A stretch of DNA of 64,000 nucleotides, taken from NCBI GenBank assembly GCA_963758525.1, contig CAVWVQ010000002.1, forward strand, positions 224,001-288,000. The letters run 5' to 3'. How positions within the stretch are numbered: position 1 is the stretch's first letter; each line of letters starts with the position of its first letter. The notes beneath the pieces are model-generated. The model did no database searches. It was not told the DNA's origin and saw nothing but the letters and a program-made list of their open reading frames with translations. Source of the DNA: an uncultured Phycisphaerales bacterium. Its GTDB lineage: Bacteria; Planctomycetota; Phycisphaerae; Tepidisphaerales; Tepidisphaeraceae. Of this stretch, positions 57,601 to 64,000 are shown piece by piece. A program made the position numbers and the translations under genes.

Positions 57601-60600
57601 TTCTACACGAAAATGATGATCGGGCCGGCGATTGGAGTCTGTCTGGTGGCCGTCGCCAATCTGCTGCGCCCCAGCGAAATGCCGCTCATTTCGATCTTCG
57701 CGCTGCTTTGGATGCTCTCGCCGGCGGTCGCCTGGTGGATCAGCCGCCCGATCGCTTCCCGTCGCGCAGAACTTTCGGAGGATCAGCGGGACTTCCTGCG
57801 AAAACTGGCCCGCCGGACCTGGCGTTATTTCGAGCAATATGTCACCGCCGAGGAACGCTGGCTGCCGCCCGACAACTTCCAGGAGAAGCCCAATCCCGTG
57901 ATCGCGTCGCGCACCAGCCCGACGAATATCGGCTTGGCGCTGCTGGCGAATCTTTCCGCCTACGACTTCGGGTATGTCTCGGCCGCGCGCCGCGCGCCGC
58001 TGCGCCGACACCCTGGACACCCTCGAAGCAATGGAGCGGCACCGCGGGCATCTTTACAACTGGTATGAAACCCGCACCCTGCGCCCCCTTCCGCCGCTGT
58101 ATGTTTCCACCGTGGACAGCGGCAATCTCGCGGGCCATTTGTTCGTGCTGCGGCGCGGGCTCCTCGAATTGATCGATTCGCCCATTCTCCCGTCGCGCAT
58201 CTTTGACGGCATCCGCGACACGCTGAGAGTGACGCTGGAAGTCGCCCGCGGCCAGACGCGCGATGCCGACGGCAACGAACGAACCGGCCCGATCGTGTCC
58301 GCCGAAGCGCTGCGAAAGATGGAGCAAATCGATCGCGATCTCGACCATCCGCCGCGGACATTGGGCGCGGCCGCTCTGCTGATGCAACGGCTGGTTCGAT
58401 CCTCCGGGGATCTGGTTGGATCACTGGCATCACGGAATGACGGTGAATTGCGCTGGTGGGCCGCGGCGCTGGAGCGGTGCTGCCGCGATCATTGGGATGA
58501 CCTGTCGTTCCTTGCCCCCTGGACGATGCTCCCCGCCCCCGAGCCCGCCTGGCGGCAGTCGCCGGGCGCGCCCCTCCACGCGCAGGCCGACGCGTTGCGC
58601 GATCTGCTTGCGGCGCTGGAAGAAGTGCCGACGCTGCGAAACGTCGCTCGGCTCGAGCAGACATTGGCGCCGCGCGTCGATCAGATGATTCAGTCGCTGC
58701 CGATCACCGAGGACCCGGCCGCAAAGGCCGCCGGTGAATATCTGAGCCGCCTGCGATCTTCGATTACAGACGCGGCCGACCGCGCCGTGCTGCGGATCGG
58801 GATGCTCGAAGCCGACGCCCAGCGCAGCGCAGAGCGCGCTGACATGGATTTCACGTTTCTGCTCGACAAGAGCAGCGATCTTTTCGCGATCGGGTACAAC
58901 GTCTCGGATCATCGGCTCGACGGCAGCTTCTACGATCTGCTCGCCTCGGAAGCGCGTCTGGCGAGCTTTGTCGCGATCGCTCAGGGCCAGGTCTCGCAGG
59001 AGCACTGGTTTGCCCTGGGCCGTCTGCTGACGCGCTCGCGGGGCTCGCCGGCGCTGCTGAGCTGGAGCGGCTCGATGTTTGAATATCTGATGCCGCTGCT
59101 GGTGATGCCGACTTACGAGAACACACTGCTGGATCAGACCTACAAATCAGTGGTGCAACGGCAGATCGACTACGGCAAGCAGCGCGGCGTGCCGTGGGGC
59201 ATTTCCGAGTCCGCCTACAACACCACCGACGCCGCGATGAACTACCAGTATCGCGCGTTTGGCGTCCCGGGCATGGGACTCAAACGCGGATTGGCCGAAG
59301 ACCTGGTGATCGCCCCGTACGCGTGCGTGATGTCGCTGATGGTCGCGCCGCGCGAGGCGATGAAGAATCTGCAGCGGATGGCCGCGGATGGCTACATGGG
59401 CGCCCTGGGGTTCTACGAAGCAATCGACTACACGCCCGCGCGGCTTCCGCCTGGGCAGACGCACGTCACCATCCCTTCGTTCATGTCGCACCACCAAGGA
59501 ATGAGTCTGCTGTCCTTGGCGTACGTTCTGCTCGATCGCCCGATGCAGCGGCGCTTCGAAGCGGAGGAGCTTTTCAAAGCCACCGATCTTCTGCTTCAGG
59601 AACGCATCCCGCGCGCCGCCGCGCCGGTCTTCCCTCACGCAACCGAAGCCGGCGCCAGGGAGAACTCGGGGGCGGGAACCGAAGGCACGATGCGAGTCTT
59701 CACGGATCCCTCGTCGTTCGTCCCCGAGGTGCATCTGCTTTCCAACGGGCGCTATCACGTCATGGTCAGCAGCGCGGGCGGCGGATACAGCCGGTGGCGC
59801 AGACCTGGCGATCACGCGGTGGCGCGAAGATGTCACGCGCGACGCGATGGGAAGCTTTGTCTATATGCGCGACGTCGAGCAGTCGCGCGTCTGGTCCAAC
59901 ACGTATCAGCCGACGCTGGTTCCCTGCAAGCGCTACGAGGCGATCTTCACCCAGGCCCGCGCCGAATTCCGGCGGCGCGACGTCGGAATCGACACGCACA
60001 CCGAAATCGCGGTCTCTCCCGAGGATGACATTGAGCTGCGCCGGCTCACCATCACCAATCGCACCGCCGATGAGCGGACGATCGAGATCACCAGCTACGG
60101 TGAAGTGGTCATCGCGCCGGCGGCGCAGGACATGGCTCATCCCGCGTTCAGCAATCTGTTTGTGCAAACCGAGCTCGTTCCCGGCCGCCAGGCGATCTTC
60201 TGCACGCGCAGGCCCCGATCCATGGGCGAGCGGCCGCCGCACATGCTGCACTTGATGACCGTGCAGGGACACACGATCGGCGAGGCTTCGTTTGAGACGG
60301 ATCGTTCCAAATTCGTCGGCCGGGGACGCAGTCCCGCAAACCCGATCGCAATGACCCGGCCCGGCGCGCTGTCCAACAGCCAGGGGCCGGTGCTCGATCC
60401 GATCGTCGCGATTCGTCGAACGATCCTCGTTCATCCGGATCAGTCGGTGCGGGTCGACATCATTACCGGCGCCGCTGAAACGCGCAAAGGCGCCAACGCA
60501 CTGCTCGAGAAATATCACGACCCGCGGCTGGCCGATCGCGTGTTCGAACTGGCATGGACGCACAGCCACGTCGTGCTGCAGCATCTCAACGCCGCCGAAA

Positions 60601-63600
60601 CCGATGCCCAACTGTACGGCCGGCTCGCGGGATCGGTGGTTTACCCCACGGCGCTGCGCCGCGCCAATCCCAGCATCATCGCCCGCAATCGCCGCGGGCA
60701 AAATGGGCTGTGGGGCTACGGGATCTCCGGCGATCTACCGATCGTGCTGGTGCGGGTTCGCGACCAGGCAGGGCTGAATCTCGTCCGCCAGGCAGTTCAA
60801 GCGCACGCCTATCGGCGCAATAAGGGGCTGAGCGTCGACCTGGTCATCTGGAACGAAGATCATTCGGTCTATCGCCAGAATCTCCACGAAACGATCACGA
60901 GCCTGCTGGCGGCAAGCCCCGAGGCGGCGCTGCTCGACAAACCCGGCGGCGTCTTCGTGCGGCGCGGTGAGCAACTTTCCGAAGAGGATCGCGTGCTGCT
61001 GCAGGCGGTGGCGCGCGTCATTCTTCTCGAAGAAGCCGGTTCGCTTGCCGAGCAGATCGAGAAGCGCGGACGCGCCGAGCCGGTGCTTCCGTCGCTGCGC
61101 ACGGCGCGGCGCCGTCTGGAAGTGCTGACGGCTGTCGAAGCGCCGCGTCGCGATCTGGCGTATTACAACGGCTTTGGCGGATTCACCCGCGATGGCCGGG
61201 AATACGTCACGATTCTCAAGCCCGACGCGACCACGCCGCTGCCGTGGTCCAATGTGATTGCAAATGCGAACTTTGGAACGGTCGTCACCGAAAGCGGTTC
61301 GGTCTACACCTGGGCCGAGAACAGTCACGAGTTTCGCATCACGCCCTGGTACAACGACCCGGTCGGCGACGTATCCGGCGAAGCGCTCTATCTTCGCGAC
61401 GAGGAGACCGGCCGATTCTGGTCGCCCACGCCGCTGCCGGCCCGCGGCCCGATGCCCTACGTTTCACGACACGGGTTCGGCTACACCATCTTCGAATATG
61501 AAGACGACGGCATTGCCAGCGCACTGACGGTGTTCGTCGCGATGGACGCGTCGATCAAATTTCTGCACCTCAAAGTCTTCAACCGATCCGGCAGAACCCG
61601 GCGGCTTTCGTTTACTGGATTCTGGGAACTGGTGCTCGGTGAGTTGCGGCACAAGACGGCGATGCATGTCGTCACGGAGATTGATCCCAAGACCGCGGCG
61701 GTCTTCGCGCGCAACTCCTACGACCAGGAGTTTGCCGACCGAGTCGTCTTCTTCGATGCCGCCGACACCTCGCGCAGCGTTACCGGCGACCGCACGGAAT
61801 TTCTCGGCCGCAACGGAACCTACGCGGATCCCGCTGCCATGCACCGGGCGCGTCTTTCCAACCGCGTCGGCGCGGGGCTCGACCCGGCGGCGGCGATGCA
61901 GGTCATCTTTGAGCTGGAAGACGATCAGGACCGCGAGCTGGTCTTCACCATGGGCGCCGCCCGCGGAGCCGATCAGGCGCGGGCGCTGGTGCAGCGGTTC
62001 CGCGGCGCAACCAACGCGCGCTCGACGCTGGAGGGCGTCTGGAATTACTGGAACCGCACCTTGGGCGTGGTGCATGTCGAAACGCCCGATGAATCGGTCA
62101 ACTTCCTCGCCAATGGGTGGCTTCTCTATCAAACGCTGGCTTGCCGGATGTGGGCGCGCACGGGTTTCTACCAGTCGGGCGGCGCGTATGGTTTCCGCGA
62201 TCAGTTGCAGGACTCCATGGCGCTGCTGCACGCCGAGCCGCGCATTTTGCGCGAGCAGCTTCTCCGCGCGGCGGCGCGTCAATTCAAGGAAGGAGACGTC
62301 CAGCACTGGTGGCATCCGCCCAGCGGACGCGGCGTCCGCACGCATTTCTCCGACGACTATCTCTGGCTGCCGTTCGTTGCCTGCCGGTATGTGCTGGGCA
62401 GCGGAGACACCGGCGTCCTGGACGAACGCGTCCCCTTTATCGATGGCCGGCCCGTTCGTCCTGACGAAGAGAGCTACTATGACCGCCCGCAGGTTTCCGA
62501 TGACATCGGCACGCTCTACGAGCACTGCGTGCGCGCGATCAAGAACGGCCTGCGCTTCGGCTCCCACAATCTGCCGTTGATGGGCTGCGGCGACTGGAAC
62601 GACGGGATGAATCTCGTCGGGGAACATGGCCGCGGCGAAAGCGTCTGGCTGGCGTTTTTCCTCTACGATGTTCTCACGCAGTTCGGCCGGCTCGCGACGC
62701 AGCGCAAGGATGTGCCGTTTGCGGATACCTGCTTCGCCGAAGCCGCGCGTCTCGGACGCAACATCGAGGAGAACGCGTGGGACGGGCAATGGTATCGCAG
62801 GGCGTACTTCGACAACGGCGAGCCGCTCGGATCGTCGACCAACACGGAGTGTCAAATCGATTCGCTGCCGCAGAGCTGGGCGATTCTTTCCGGCGCCGGC
62901 GACCCCGCGCGTTCCCGCATGGCCATGGAAGAAGTCGACCGGCGGCTCGTGCGCCGCGACACAGGGCTGATTCAGCTCTTCGATCCCCCCTTCGACAAAT
63001 CGGATCTCAACCCCGGCTATATCCGCGGCTACGTCCCCGGCGTCCGCGAAAACGGCGGGCAATATACGCACGCGGCCGTCTGGACGGTCATGGCCTTTGC
63101 CGCGATGAACGACCCGCGCCGCGCGTGGGAATTGTTCGACCTGATCAACCCGGTTGCGCATGCCTCGTCGGCGAAGCGCATCGCCGTCTACAAGGCCGAG
63201 CCTTATGTTGTCGCGGCGGATGTCTACGCGGTTTCGCCGCATACGGGCCGCGGCGGGTGGACGTGGTACACAGGATCTGCCGGCTGGATGTATCGGCTGA
63301 TTACCGAATCGCTCCTGGGTCTGCACGTGGACGTGGATCGACTTCGGATCGCGCCGTGCGTTCCCGCGGCTTGGAAGTCATACAAGGTGCACTACCGGTA
63401 TCGCGAGACGTTTTACCACATCACAATCGATAACCCGGCCGGAGGCACGAGCGTCGTGCGCGTTACACTTGACGGCCAAATCCTGCCTGACACGAGCATT
63501 CCGCTGGTCGACGATCGCAAGCAGCATAACGTCGAGATCGAAATGGGAGAGTTGAGCCCGATTGTGGCGGCGCCTGCGCCGCAGCCGGCTTGGCCCCTTC

Positions 63601-63610
63601 AATGCCATAA
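54658..63610 (+). CDS. ndvB: Cyclic beta-1,2-glucan synthase (GT84 + GH94), frameshifts near 57990, 59800 and probably 63590
   Basis: EWLLDNFY, GYERKRGKL, TLDTDT, SHDLLE, RWIRGDWQ, LLASEARL, YQSGGAYGFRDQLQD, GDWNDGMN, RENGGQYTH. Confidence 0.92.
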
Positions 63611-63710
63611 AACTCAATTCCGTCGCTCTTCCAAGCTTGCGCGGGTTGTGATCGCCTCGCCTGCCTTGCGGCTTTCCCTCCGTGCCTTCGTGCCTCCGTG
63701 CCTCTGCTTT

Positions 63711-64000
63711 TTACGGATTAAACTTCTTCACAATTTCCGAGATCGCTTCCTTCCGCGCATCGCTGGCCTTTTGATAGACCGGACTTTTTTCGGCAGCATA
63801 GAGAGCGTCGTTGTCCACGTTTGCGGTCACTTTCTGCAACAGCGCAGCAGGTGTCGTGCAGTCCTTCACGAAATCATCGGAGACGTTGCGGAGCGTAATA
63901 CCGCTGTCCGTTTGATCGACCCGGCAAACGGTGTACCGGTCTTTCTGCCTGTCCGGCTCAAGCTCTACCGACGGATTCATCGTTTGCAGCGTGATGAACC
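63711..64000 (-). CDS. Hypothetical protein, 3' part
   Basis: Open frame entering from the window edge. Confidence 0.5.
   Translation of the reverse strand, partial: FITLQTMNPSVELEPDRQKDRYTVCRVDQTDSGITLRNVSDDFVKDCTTPAALLQKVTANVDNDALYAAEKSPVYQKASDARKEAISEIVKKFNP

Noticed and set aside
54109..63326. Long minus-strand ORFs opposite the glucan synthase (and similar ones opposite other genes)
   Set aside because: Antisense shadows of GC-rich coding sequence with no protein motifs.
5040..63610. Programmed frameshifting or mass pseudogenisation (indels near 5040, 23675, 27185, 28985, 53315, 57990, 59800, 63590)
   Set aside because: Scattered single indels in unrelated genes, without accompanying nonsense codons or slippery sites, are best explained by sequencing error; read polishing would decide.

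Overview
GC-rich bacterial DNA. Gene content (ECF sigma/Ser-Thr kinase module, Sua5-phosphatase fusion, many secreted glycan enzymes) suggests a planctomycete; this is inference. 1-41.6 kb holds housekeeping, envelope and carbohydrate genes plus short palindromic repeats, and 54.7-63.6 kb is a cyclic beta-1,2-glucan synthase. The standout region is 41.6-53.8 kb, a minus-strand integron-type cassette array (about 10 attC-like sites) with no IntI gene in the window. Gene cassettes there alternate almost strictly with six copies of a 287-bp non-coding unit and one 2.48-kb element encoding a non-IntI tyrosine recombinase plus an IS91-type HUH/Y2 transposase. The short unit and the long element share both ends, a covarying 18-bp hairpin and an internal motif, and all join at the AAC/GTT core of attC sites. 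This looks like an autonomous/non-autonomous pair of an attC-targeting or cassette-capturing mobile system. A group II intron has homed into the end of one short unit, and a decayed orphan cassette of the same system lies at 34.1-34.6 kb. Several unrelated genes carry single indels, probably sequencing errors.
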